From: Octopus vulgaris
Taxonomy: Eukaryota
Reading direction: 5' to 3'
DNA length: 64,000 bases
NCBI GenBank assembly: GCA_951406725.2
Contig: OX597816.1
Coordinates: forward strand, 139,128,001-139,192,000
Shown: in pieces, positions 39,820-53,385 of the stretch
Layout: each line of letters starts with the position of its first letter
Numbering within the stretch: the stretch's first letter is position 1
The notes under the pieces: model-generated
What the model saw: the letters and a program-made list of their open reading frames with translations, nothing else
Told to the model about the DNA's origin: nothing
Databases searched by the model: none
Translations under genes and position numbers: made by a program

Positions 39820-40140
39820 TGGAGGCGCAAAGGCCCAGTGGTTAGGGCACCGGACTTGCGGTCGTAGGATTGCGGTTTCGATTCCCAGACCGGGCGTTGT
39901 GAGTGTTTATTGAGCGAAAACACCTAAAAGCTCCACGATGCTGCGGCAGTTGGTGGTGATCCCTGCTGTACTCTTTCACCACTCTTTCTTCTGTTGGCCT
40001 GCTCGCTTAGCCAGCGGAGTGGCGACATTCGAAGGGTAAAACAATGCGAAAGCATTGTGACCAGCGTAACAACATCTGGTGATCTGGTCGGTCACGTGTA
40101 ACAACATCTGATGGTCTGGTCGGTCACGTGATCACGTGAT
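39820..40140 (+). mobile_element. SINE family D head with tail eta
   Basis: tRNA-like GGCCCAGTGGTTAGGGC...GGTTTCGATTCCC; head as in 55360-55526; ~31-bp tandem duplication near the 3' end. Confidence 0.85.
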
Positions 40141-41212
40141 ATATATATATAGATATGGGATAACATCTAGTCTTCAACTATTTGTATGGATTTGGAAGGT
40201 TTACGATTCGAGTTATTTGCTTACTACGTAACCAATATTGTTTGAGACAATAGATGTAGTAATTACACACTACATTATCAATGTTTAAGTTGGTCCTTTA
40301 AATCCTTGGTGATGGAACCGTGTGTCTGATAAAACATGTGTTAATACTTACAGTTTCATTATCTTTTAACAATTTTAATTAGCTTTAAACATAGCAAGGT
40401 TTAATAGTAATAGTTAATTACAAGTACATTTGTTAGATCCTATTTAATAATATTTAATGTTTCTATTAGTTACTGGTAATTTAATATTAAAGCTTGTAGC
40501 GGTGATATATTAATGAGTTTGTAGTGTTTTATTATTAACTTTTGAATGATGAAATAATGTATTTCACTCATAATTATTATATTATTAGTTAAATTAATTT
40601 CAATCGTGTTTGTTTTGTGTTGGAGAGATTTATATATAGCTTTACCTTTCATTATAGTAGTAACTATGGAAGACTGGTGGGATTATTATTTATATGGACT
40701 TAAAGATTGGTCGCGAGTTAGAATATAATTTAGTTATTGCGGTTTACTATTAGTACCAATACAATTTACATTGGTTTAAATGTGTCTTTGTTGTAGTTTT
40801 ATTAAAGTTAGTGTTTAATTCTGCCTATTAATTTATTGATTGAATGATTGTGGTTATTAAGCCTTCACTTTTATATTATACTATGGAAGACAGTAGAGAT
40901 TATAATTTCTGTATGACTTGATATATTGGTCGCTATTGTGTTACGTGTTTAGGAGTTGGTTGTAATTTCCTTATTGAATTTATGTACCGATATAGTTGTG
41001 CATAGGGCAAATGTATTTGAAATTTGTGGTTTCTTTGGTTTCTTTGTTCCGAAACAACACTTATTTTAGTACTGTTGACAGCGCAGGATTGAATGGTACT
41101 CCCCAGGTGTAGAAAACATAATGATATCCGTGGGGCTGCTGATGATGGATGCATGTTGGATTGCTGGTATGGCTGTTTTGTATATGTGGAATAGTATTAT
41201 AACACAGCCTTT

Positions 41213-41280
<68 letters not shown>

Positions 41281-41281
41281 C

Positions 41282-41315
<34 letters not shown>

Positions 41316-41322
41316 ATATATA

Positions 41323-41353
41323 TGGAAACTGAAAGAAGCCTGTCGTATATATG

Positions 41354-41385
<32 letters not shown>

Positions 41386-41615
41386 CGTGTATGTTTGTGT
41401 GTCTGTGTTTGTCCCCCTAGCGTTGCCTGACAACCGATGCTGGTGTGTTTACGTCCCCGTCACTTAGCGGTTCGGCAAAAGAGACCGATAGAATAAGTAC
41501 TGGGCTTACAAAGAATAAGTCCCGGGATCGATTTGCTCAACTAAAGGTGGTGCTCCAGCATGGCCGCAGTCAAATGACTGAAACAAGTAAAAGAGTAAAA
41601 GAGAAAGAGTAAAGA
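41323..41615 (+). mobile_element. SINE family B, 5' part missing
   Basis: Near-identical to about 20244-20512. Confidence 0.9.
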
Positions 41616-41659
<44 letters not shown>

Positions 41660-42184
41660 TTATATGTATAGGTATGTATATATATGTCTGTGTGTGTGTG
41701 TGATGGGGTGTGTATGTGTAAAAGAATATTCTTATCATTCGTTGCCATATATTGCACATCGGTCAATCGCACATCCAACATCCCTTGACTTTTTGAATGG
41801 TTTTTGATGCATTCAAGAATAGGGTATGTTTGTGAGCCCTTCGCTGAACCACCTCCATTTGTTGGACGGAATACACACTCTTATAGGTCTATCATGATCC
41901 TGTCGCTGGGCAGCTTAGCCCAACCTTAAGGAGTCAGAGAAAGAAAGGAAGTCTTAATTTGACTGCTGCTTTATTTATAAACTTCGAAAGGATAAAACAC
42001 AAATTTGAACTCAAAACGCAAAGAGTTGAATTTCGGTCTGGTGATTCTGTCAGTCGAATATGTAGCACAGAATAATCTCTTAACATGGATTGTAACGCCT
42101 CATTAGGGACGTTGTGCATTTTCAAATAGACTCTATTTGATGCTTAGCTTTTTGTGAAATAAAATACTTAAACCACGCACAATA

Positions 42185-42394
42185 CTTATATTCTAAATCA
42201 CCTGGATTGGCCGAGTCCGGCCCCGCTGGGCAGAGCATTCGCTCCATTCCCCTCGTTCTCTCGCCACTCTCCGCCATGCTGCTCCAAACATTCTTCTTAA
42301 ATTATCTTCCCAACTGAGTGGTCCCTTCCGCTCGCGCCTGTACTACTCGACAACTGCTCGAGTCCATCGATCATCTTTGAACCTTCTAAATATG
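42185..42394 (-). mobile_element. RTE-clade LINE 3' fragment (different family, no C2H2 finger)
   Basis: Translates RRFKDDRWTRAVVE*YRRERKGPLSWEDNLRRMFGAAWRRVARERGEW, matching the GH..R..D.RWT....W.PR...RW.D.L...G..W.R.A..R..W pattern. Confidence 0.8.
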
Positions 42395-43008
42395 TTTTCA
42401 AAATATCTTTACTGGGATATATGAATAGAACGTTGTGTTATCGGTGAACAGAAAACCTGACTGCTGATTCCGAAGGTGTAGCGTAATTTCATTCTGTTAT
42501 TTCTCGCTTTCTTTAGTAATTTCCATAAAAAATTGAACATAGGGGACAGCATCCACTATATCTAAAAAGTGACACAAATTATATAATACAAGAAAAAAGC
42601 CTATTTGTTTGAAATCTGCCATTTTTTTCAAAATAAGAGGAGGGGTCATTTGTAAAACGTTCTCCGGTGAAAGACATAAAGAACACAAAGCTAGAAAATG
42701 TTGAAGGCTACTGATGTAGTATTTTATTTTTATATATTTCAATATTCTGCAGTGCAGTATTGTTGTACCGTAATTTGTTGTAAGTGTAGTGGAAGAATGT
42801 GTAGAACACTGTAAAGAGTCTAATATAGTTTTATTTGGAATTTTAATATTTTAGAGCTTCGAGTGACTGTTACTTTGTATCCCAAAGAAATTTCATACAC
42901 TGATGAAAATAACATTATGTAGCAAATTCTACAAAATATTTATCAATATATTTGCCTAAACTTATAGCGATGCTTTCAAAATTAGTAGTAGTTGTTCTCT
43001 ACTATTAA

Positions 43009-43230
43009 GGAGTGGCGTGGTTTAGAGGTTAGGGTGTTGGACTCATGATCGTAAGATTGCGTTTTCGATTCATGGACCGAGTGAGGCGTTGTGCTCTCGA
43101 GCAAAGCACGTCATGTCACCTTGCTCCAGTCCACTCAGCTGGCAAGAATGAGTAATCCTGCGACAGACTAGCATTCCGTCCAAATGGGGAATACATACGC
43201 CATGGAAACCTGGAAACCGGCTCTATGAGT
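43009..43230 (+). mobile_element. SINE family A head with tail alpha
   Basis: Colinear with 268-490. Confidence 0.8.
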
Positions 43231-43553
43231 CTATCTTTTACTCCACTATCAACCGTCATAGAGCTACACTTGCAATACGAAATTTTTTTTAGCTATTTTA
43301 CACGTAAGCAAATAACCCTTTCATCTATATACCTAAAACCAGATTTTTCACATACCTCAAGCCATATTTTTTTTTCTGTTTCAGATATTTTTTTAAAATA
43401 TGAGAAAGTGGTGAATGTAAAAATCCGTTCTGTTAGCAACTATTATGTTGAAACCAAGCAGATACCTCACAAAAATGTGACAGGTGCCAGATTCTAAAAA
43501 TTATATATAGACTGCATTTTAAAATACTTATTTGTGATTTGGGCCTCTCAAAT

Positions 43554-43771
43554 AATTCTTTGTACTATTGGTACAAGGCCTGAACTTTTGGGGGAGGGGG
43601 CCAGTGGAGTAGGTCGACGCCAGTACGCAACTGGTACTTCATTTATCGACCTCGAAAGGATGAAAGGCGAAGTCGACCTCGGTGGAATTTGAAATCAGAA
43701 CATAGCGGCAGACGAAATACTGCTAAGGATTTCGCCAGGCGTACTAACCATTCTGCCAGCTCGCCGCCTTA
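43554..43771 (-). mobile_element. SINE family C, tail 2
   Basis: Full-length; imperfect TSD GGGCCTCTCAAATAAT / GGGTATCTCATATAAT. Confidence 0.85.
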
Positions 43772-43819
43772 AGGGTATCTCATATAATAATATGTGAAAG
43801 ATATTGATAGGCGCGAGTG

Positions 43820-44960
43820 GAACTTTGCCTTTTGCTATTCCCAGAAAATGCAGACAACTGAAGAATCCCAGGGTGACTTCTACTTCTGTTTTATGTTTAA
43901 AAGCACTGTATGGTTAAATAAAGGTAAACTCATCAGTAGCCATACACTGTCATCTATAGAACTTATTTTTCAAAGCGAAGGCATACCGATGCTACAGACT
44001 TCAATAATTATAAATAATATTATTTGTAAATATATTACTATATAACTTATTCTTTGTTTACTATAAATCTGTAAGGTAAGTATACAATCTCATACCAACT
44101 AAAAGTGCTATTAATTTCAAAATGGAAAACAATCCATCTCTATCTCTAGCACACTCGGTACAATTGAATGACAGTTAGGAAAATATGTTTTATCTTCTGA
44201 TTAAGTGATAACAGAGTTGTTAGTAATCATTACTGTCAACTTCAGTGGTCCCACAGCAGGATTTACAGCAAGTAAGTTAAATTTAGTCAGGCAGCTAGAA
44301 AATATTATCTTGTTTCCACTTGTTTCTCTTGATAAAACAGTTTACAAACCCCTAGAGAACCTATGCTTTTAAAACTGTCCGGTGCCAAAATCAAGAGTGG
44401 TATATTTCTTGATGTCCATGTAAATGCTATGTTGAACTTAGATAAAATGAATAATATTCAAAGAAAGGTGATCAGATCTGGAAAAGAAATACAGTACTCA
44501 TTTCACTGTGTAGTTCATGAATTTGGAAATATTTGCAAAGGCCCTTATCTATAGAAGGTTGATGGCAAAGCTTTTTTTAAAATATTTACAGAATGTTGAT
44601 AAATTACATTTGTAAATTGAAAAATTTAGAAAAAATAAAAAAGGATAATTCGGCAGAGCTTAATAGAAAGCAGAGGCACACAAATTAAGTTTTATTGGAA
44701 ACATTAGAACACTTGTACTTGAGTTCCGTTGTTCGCCCTCAACCTGCTGATTTACTTTTTTTTTCTAAATGTTTCAAATTGTAAAGATAATTTATGGACA
44801 CCCGTATTAAAATATTGTATATCGATTTTTAAATTTTTTTATGGAATTTAAAAGTTCATTTTTGCATTTCCATCGTGATTTTTGTTATATTTTAAGTGAC
44901 ATCATTGAGAAATATGGTGGAAGGTTTCACCAACAAATTTTAGGAATAGTTAGGACACAA
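43820..44960 (+). pseudogene. Decayed Chapaev3-type DNA transposase (the element may extend about 43230-46075)
   Basis: Colinear frameshifted motifs: LPFAIPRKCRQLKNP/GDFYFCFM (43825-43895), LIKQF and LSGAKIKSGIF (44329-44410), LKVHF/HFHRDF..SDIIEKYGGRFHQQI (44846-44940). Compare the Chapaev3 motifs PFAVPMVWREP..H..DCYFC, LGLMKQFVKAL, LS.AKIKEGIF and LKIHFLHSHLDFF..VS.EHGERFHQDI. Confidence 0.75.
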
Positions 44961-45032
44961 AGATGTTGCCGTAAAGGGAAACTATACAGGATTTCAAGCT
45001 AGGAAAGCTGAAAAACTTTACAAAAGAAAATT

Positions 45033-45716
45033 AAGATCTTTACCTTTTGACCTACATACAGATTTAAAAAATGACTTTTTGTAACTAAACACTTTCAAAC
45101 TTTGGACACTGGTAGAATGTGTCATATAAAACATCTTTTACTCTTTGCATTTTTGAGAAAAACTTATATTTACGAAGTTATTTCACGTTTAAGTTCTCGT
45201 ATTTCGGTAATTTCAACCAATCAATGACGTGTGTTCAGCTGAATAAAATTACTGCCATTATTTGTCTACAGCAACTATCGGTGATGTATTTTTCGTTTTT
45301 AACTGTTATTTATGACATCGTTCGTCCGTTTGTACTGGTTTTAAGGCTTTAGGGTTAGGGTGTTAGGGTTTAAGGGTTTAGGGTTAGGATTAGGGTTTTA
45401 GGGTTAGGGTTAAGGTTTTAGGGTTAGGTTTAGGGTTGTAATAAATAACAGTGACAAACAAAATGTACACCGCCGGAAGTTCTTGTTGACAAACAACAGC
45501 AGTAATTTTATTCAGCTGAATACACGCCATTGATTGATTGAAATTACTGAAATACGAGAACTTTAACGTGAAATAACGTCGTAAATATAAGTTTTTTTTC
45601 AAAACTGCTAAGAGTTAAAGATGTTTTATGACACATTCTACCAGTGTCCGAAGTTTGAAAATATTTAGTTACAAAAAATTATTTTTTAAATATGTATGTC
45701 AAAAGGTAAAGATCCC
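45033..45716. mobile_element. Foldback/MITE with ~280-bp TIRs and a central telomeric (TTAGGG)-like array
   Basis: Arms 45035-45317 / 45437-45714 (GATCTTTACCTTTTGAC ... GTCAAAAGGTAAAGATC); TTAGGG variants at 45349-45436; AAAATT on both flanks. Confidence 0.9.
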
Positions 45717-46794
45717 AAAATTGCAATCTTCAAAGCACTCTTAATTCTTTAAAAAAGATTGATGTTTCCAAGAGTTTGTTAATTTATTTGTAAAATATAT
45801 TTGTTTGGGAAACGTTCAGCAAAATAAACATAAAATTGCAAGTTTTTCAATACGATTGATTTACTTTTCTCCCAACACAGGAATAAAAATAATGCCAACA
45901 CTTTATCCCTTAGAGATGTTTGAACTTTACAAAGTCTAAATATAACTAAAAGAATTCCGAAAATATCAATGCCAGGCGGAAACTAAAAATATTTTTGAGT
46001 TCAGTGCCAAAAAAATATACATATAAACAGAATGTAAAATTGAAACAAAGCAAAAAACCTGGCTAAACAAGTCATTTTTTACTTTGTCTAATCTTTTATT
46101 ACGGCCATACATAAGCTAGCAAAAACTACAGGCCGGTGACTAGAATATTTTTCTGGATCAGACGCTCGGCTATGGTCATTTTTTTTACTAAGAGTATTGT
46201 TCCAGTGTTAAAGATTTGAGCAGCTACCACACGCTCGCACACAAACACACACACACATGTATGTATACATTCATACAGACACTCAAATACGGATATAAAG
46301 TCACACCGGTATGCACACGGATTAAATCATTCCTCGGCCAGGCAAGGAGCCCCTATGCGATCGCTTGATCTGCAATAAATCAATAAATAATACCCAGATC
46401 TTTCTCGAATCAAAAACTTTAAAAACAAGGACGAAATGAATAGTGCCGGTTTAGGTGTAGTTTACTCAGGGAGGAAAACCTGTTCAACTTGTTTTAATCT
46501 GGAAACTGTACACTATAAGCTGCCTACACCATATCTTTTCCTATTCATCCATACTGTACCTCGTTACCCAAACTGCATACCGGAGACATTGTGCTGGGTT
46601 CCCTGTAATTGTTTTACATATTTACCTGTGGATCACATGAAAATCACATCTTACATATACAAATATCATGTGTATCCGCCATTTCTGTGATGGTAGTATT
46701 TATGTAAGCAAAAATTAAACTGTGATTTTAAAAAATCACATAAAAGCCATCAACTGTTCAATAGCACAAATATATAAAATTTGAAAAGCGAAAG

Positions 46795-47216
46795 TATGGC
46801 TGTGGTGTCAAGAAGCTCAAATTGCAATCTTGTCGTTCACTCCCACTGAGCGGTACCTTGGGCAAATATCTTCTCATATAAACCTGAGCCGATCAACCTT
46901 GTGAGCAAATTTAGTAGATAAAAATTGCGAGGAAGTCCGTCTCATATGTATATATATATTTTCTTTTCGTCCTTGCTTTCGAATACATTCGCTTGCTTTC
47001 TTCCAAAGAATCTATTGCTCTTAGATTTCCTTGGGGTCGGCCAGATTAGAGCAGTCTCGAGATTAACCAGCCGAAACTGCAAAGATGATCTGCTTCTTGA
47101 CTGAAGATTGAAAGCTCTGAATGTCCCGTCCTTGTTTTTTTCCGGCCCTTTTCTGTTTTACCTATTGTATATAATTGTTACGTTCTTGTTCCATTTTTGT
47201 TTAGATTATAAATATA

Positions 47217-47252
<36 letters not shown>

Positions 47253-47460
47253 CGTGCGTGCGTGTCTGTGCCTGTGTTTGTCTTTGAGTCACCGCTGGAA
47301 ACCGGTGCTGGTTTGTTTAAGTGTCTGTAACCGTGCGATTTGGTTGGAGTAACTGAGTAGTACTTTTCAAGAAAAGAAGTACCGGCGTCGATTTGCTCGA
47401 CTAAAAACATTTCAAGGCAGTACTCCAGTATGGTTGCAGTCCGATAACAAAAACAAGGAA
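46795..47460 (+). mobile_element. Old SINE B split by an inserted ~250-bp repeat (about 46960-47200, possibly Penelope-derived)
   Basis: 5' half at 46795-46945 and 3' half at about 47210-47460; the insert sits in the internal (TA)n. Confidence 0.6.
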
Positions 47461-47859
47461 AATATAAACAAAAACAAAACACTTAAAGATAAATGATCAT
47501 AGGCCAAAAGAAAATACCTCAATGACAATAGTTCACTTGCAGGTCAGAGCCTACTTATTGCCTACACATGCCCTACATTCACAAAGAAGAAAAACTCGGT
47601 GACACTTTTATCCCCATAACTGCACTTCTACAATACTTTCTCTAAAGGTACGTATTTGTATAAAGGATGAAACACACACCTTATCGACCTGGATGGCTTG
47701 TGTACTCTTTCATTTTATATACGACCTAAGTTATTCATTTGATCTTAAGTTGCAGTTTTCCTTCTTTTCGAAGATGAAAACGTGGAAGTACTTGCCAAAG
47801 TGTCGAGGTAGCGGTCACTGTTAGAGATAAAGCTTCTGATGTTACCACCACCACAATCG

Positions 47860-47946
<87 letters not shown>

Positions 47947-48370
47947 ATAATAATAATAATAATAACAATAATAATAGTAATAATAATAATACCACCGTCA
48001 CTACTACTGCTACTACTATTACAAACACCATCACCACCACCGCCGACGCCTCACTGCTATTGTGATGCTGTGCGGCTGCTGCTGCTGCTGCTGATGATGT
48101 TGTTGATACTGATGATGAGGGAGAGGAGAAGAAGAAGAAGAAAGACGATGGCGATGACGTAGATGATGGTGTAGATGAGGAAGAAAAGGAGGAGGTAGAT
48201 GTGGAGGTGTTAGTGGTGGAGGATGAGGATGAGGGGGAGTATGAGGGGGAGAGGAGTGTAGGGTAGGAGGAGGAACATGACGACTTGATGATCATAATAA
48301 TGATGATGATGGTGATGATGATGACGACGACAACGGCAATGACGACGACGACGTCGACAACGAGATGATG
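47860..48370. repeat. Compound trinucleotide block (CTA)n(TAA)n(CTG)n(GAT)n(GAG)n
   Basis: Direct reading. Confidence 0.95.
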
Positions 48371-48643
48371 CTGGTTTGGAAGTGGCAATTGATACTCTGA
48401 AGTCTAATCAAATTACAAACAAATAAAAAAAAGAATTTTCTAATTTTCTTGCTAAAATGTGTTCACTCATTTTTTTTTAATATATTTAAACTTAGTAACA
48501 AGTTACAAATAACACTTCAATCACTCATAGGCAGGCACATTTAAATAGGCATGCATTTATTTACCTATATATATACACACATATCTATATATGCGTCTGT
48601 ATATGCAAGTATGTATATTTGTATGTACGTATGTATGTGCGTC

Positions 48644-48682
<39 letters not shown>

Positions 48683-48776
48683 ACATAAGCACGCATACAT
48701 GCATATATTTGTACATGTATATATATATATGTATATATATACATACATACATTAATTCATACATAGATACATACGC

Positions 48777-48839
<63 letters not shown>

Positions 48840-50860
48840 TATATATATTTACATATATGCATATACATACATACAGACATATATATATATATAATCATTC
48901 ATACATACGCATATATATATATATGTATGTATCTATGTATATACGCTCACACACGTATACATACGTAATATGGAATAGTCGTACTCAACCTAAAAGACAT
49001 TCATGGCGATGCAATGTGTCAATGAAGAATGATTACACTTTTACCTGAAAACATTCAATAAGTAAATATTTCGAATTAAAATGCCCCTTTTCTTTTTTCA
49101 AATATTGACAGAAATAAGTGAAAGCATTCTGGTTCTTACTGTTTCTAGTCTTTATGGCTCAGTAAAAACACATTTGGTTTAATTTTGAATTAGAGTCACA
49201 AATTGTCTTGCTTATGGTAAGACAAGAATTTTTGTCAGGATTTGTCAAGAATTTTTCAAAGAAGAGTATAAAGACTATATGTGGATGAAGAGTATGTGTG
49301 TACTGTACCGGGTCGGTGAGAATGTGTCAAGGTTAGTCAAAGTGTTCATCCCATTCTTATATGTTGTAGGCATAGAAGGTGAATTTTTTTCTTCAGTTAG
49401 CATTTCTTTAAGGATAGGGTCAACTCTACATCAAGCTCCCACCCCTATAGATAGCCTTGTGTAATGCAGCAGTTTTTATGTTGCTGGAGTATGACAAATT
49501 CGGGAAACAGACCTTGAAAAAGTTGTTCAATCGTGGGAGCTTCGAGCCCTTGCTGGTAAAGAAAGTTGAGTAGCAGGAAACTTCCAGAACTCCTTAGAAA
49601 AGCTCAGTTTCAGGGACAATATCTCCTGACAATTTATATTTTCAACCATGTCCTTTACCCCCATATAGTCCGTTTTATTGTTACTGTGAGAAGGGTGCAT
49701 TTAGGGAAACATCTGTGAAAAGATGACTCTCAATCACTAACAAACTATGTGCGTGTGTGAACTTCCTCATCCGCAGCACAGGTATATCTCCAGCGTAACT
49801 TAAGTGTATACCATCTGGAGCAACCTTCGAGTTTTTTATCTTCTCCCTGGCTCCAAAGCCTATACAGGCTTATGCAACAGATCCAAAATGCTGCCCCATA
49901 CAGCGCCGTCTGAGGTACACCTCCCTTCGACACCGTCACCGGCTACGCTACAGCATACGACTGTGAGCATATATCGCCCATAGAAAAGTTTAACAAATAC
50001 AGCGAAGGTTGCATTGGTAGCATGATGGGGCAGTGTTGCACATCCGAATCAATGGTCACAGCCATGAGGGGTACTTCATCAGTCAACTATCACTTAGAGA
50101 AATACCGAAGCCTGAATATCAAGTCAGCAATCACAATCCGAGCCCAAAATGTCAGGGACATATTGATCAAAGAAATTACCCTCATTTGAGAACACATCCA
50201 GCCACTAACAACGGACAAGAACTGGATGAAGCTCAATATTTAGTCTATAGATAAATTCAGTGATCTATACCATGCAACACAATTCGAAACCCAATATTCT
50301 TGCACACTTCAACAGCACGTGGTTTTTCTACCCTATACAGACTTCACACATTGAAGAACCTGGACTGCAGTTTTCTCTTATCATCACTCTTAGAAAATGA
50401 GTATCTTCATTCGAAGTATTGGATTATTAAATGTTTTAAGGTAAAAGTATAATATTTGTTCTAATTTAATTAAATCTTTCGCCAAATGCATTGGCATAAA
50501 TGTTTAAAATAGTTACTCTCTTCCTCCCTTTCTCTCTCTCTCACTCTTTCTCTCTCCTCTAACATGTGTATATGCGCGCGCGTGTGTATGTGTGTGTATA
50601 TATATATATACATATACGCACATACATGTGTGTGTGTGACTACACGTTGAGACAGATATGTGATGCATAAATATATATATACATACATTAATTAAATGTT
50701 CGAGTATGCGTGTTTTCATATGTTCAATTCAAACCCATATATACATATATGTGTGTGTGTATATATATATATGTGCGTGTGTATGCGTGTGTGTGTAATA
50801 CACATACATACATACATACTCATTTTCATCGATAGGTAGAAAGTTAGATTGATAGATAGA

Positions 50861-50910
<50 letters not shown>

Positions 50911-51107
50911 GCACGCACGTTTATAGTGTGCGTACATATACGTCTGTGAAGGTTTGTATTTCTACGTGGCTATGCGGGTTTAAACAATATTCTTGTATGC
51001 ATAGATGAAACTCACACAGATGTATGGAAACACACATTTACACGTACAGACTGAGAAACACAAGTGCAGACATTTACACGAAGAGACAGAAAAACGCAAG
51101 TACGCTT

Positions 51108-51179
<72 letters not shown>

Positions 51180-51563
51180 ATACATACACACACGAACCTG
51201 ACACTTCAAATATTACGCGTTGACGCATTTTAAACACAGCTCAAGAAAGCCATATCAAAAGATGAAGCGATAAACGCAAAGAGGCCGCTAGAGTCTCTGA
51301 TTGCTAACAAGATAGGTGATTCAACACCTCACCTTAACATGTATCTAAGACATGAGATTTATATCTACCTATTTAGCGACACTTTCATATAATATTTGCA
51401 CTGTAGCATTAACGAAAGTATGTGAACATCGGAAGAGAATTCTGTACCGTTCTTCAACAAAATATATGCATTTTTCTACTTATCTATCTCTTTATGGGAT
51501 AGTCTATATATGCATGTATCTGTTTATCTATTTATGTGTATCATCATCATCGTTTTGGTGGTT

Positions 51564-51750
51564 TCGTATTTTGACACAAAGCCAGTAATTTTAGGCGAGG
51601 GTGTAAGTCGATTACATCGACTCCAGTGCTCAACTGGTATTTATTTTAGTAACCCCTAAAGGATGAAAGGCAAAGTCGAGCTCGATGAAGTTTGAACTCA
51701 GAACGTAAATGGCCCCGAGAAATGCTGCTAAGCATTTTTTTCCGACTCAT
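51564..51750 (-). mobile_element. Old SINE family C, tail 3
   Basis: GGATGAAAGGCAAAGTCGAG core. Confidence 0.7.
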
Positions 51751-51854
51751 GAAGGGTTCTATCGATTCAACAGTCATCATCAAAATAATTATCCTTTACA
51801 TGTGTGCAAATACAATGTTACATTGACAGAGCTATAGACATTCTTTTATTCTTT

Positions 51855-52410
<556 letters not shown>

Positions 52411-52499
52411 TACAACAACAATGAACACATATAATGCTAAATTATTATACGTGTCGCTACAATTATAAACTCCCTACTCAAATCCAAAATGTAATATTA

Positions 52500-53385
52500 G
52501 TTTCAATTTTTGACACAAGGTCAGCAATTCTAGGGAAGGTGTAAGCCGATTACATCGATGTCAGTTCTCAGCTGGTGCTTATTTTGTCGATCCGAAAAGG
52601 ATGAAAGACAAAGTCGAGCACGGTGGAATTTGAATTCAGAGCATAAACACAGGTGAAATGCCGATAAGCATTTTGCCTGGTTTACTAACGATTCTGCCAG
52701 TTTACCGCCCTTCAAAATCATAATAATCCTTTCTACTAAAGGTACAAGTTCTGAAATTTAGGAGAGGAGGATAGTAGATTACATCGACACTAGTGCTCAA
52801 CTGGTACTTATTTTATCGACCCCAAGAGGATGAAAGGCAAATTTGACCTCTGCGGTATTTTAACTCAGAACGTCAAGACGGATGAAATGCTGCTGAGTAT
52901 TTTGCCTGGTATACTAACGATTCTGCCAGCTCAACGCCTTCATGATCACAAAAAACAATAGTTTCAATTTGTAGTAGAAAGCCAGCAATTTTTAGAAGAA
53001 AGGGTTTTGTCGATAACGCCGTTCTCATACTTGAATGGTACTTTATTTTATTCCGTATCATAAAAGATGAAAAGGCAAAACAAATTCCGGCAGAATTTGA
53101 ACTTAGAACATAAAGAGCCAGATTATTGCATTGTTCTCGATCCAAATGATTCTGCCAATTCACGTCCTTAACAGTTTCTTTCTAAATAAAGTAACTAGAG
53201 CGGTAACCTGTAGAATCGTTAACGCACCGGACAAAAGGCAGAGCGGCATATCTTTCAACTTTACGTCCTGAGTTGAAATACCAGCAAGGTTGACTTTGCC
53301 TTTCATCCTTTCGGGGTCATTAAAATAAGGAACCAGTGGAGCACTGGGATTGATAAAATAAGTCCCAGTTGAACACTGGGGGCGA
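52500..53385. mobile_element. Three head-to-tail SINE C copies (minus, tails 3/2/3) plus one plus-strand copy at about 53195-53385
   Basis: Repeated cores; spacer TCCAAAATGTAATATT (52483) / TTCAAAATCATAATAAT (52711). Confidence 0.75.

Noticed and set aside
39821-39895. tRNA gene (also the heads at 268, 20103, 31048, 39275 and 55450)
   Set aside because: A and B boxes are present, but there is no complete cloverleaf and each head continues into a SINE body.
40668-40690. miR-7-like TGGAAGACT
   Set aside because: Part of a degenerate internal repeat, with no hairpin.
45349-45436. True telomere or chromosome-fusion scar
   Set aside because: Short, single-orientation and enclosed by transposon-like inverted arms.
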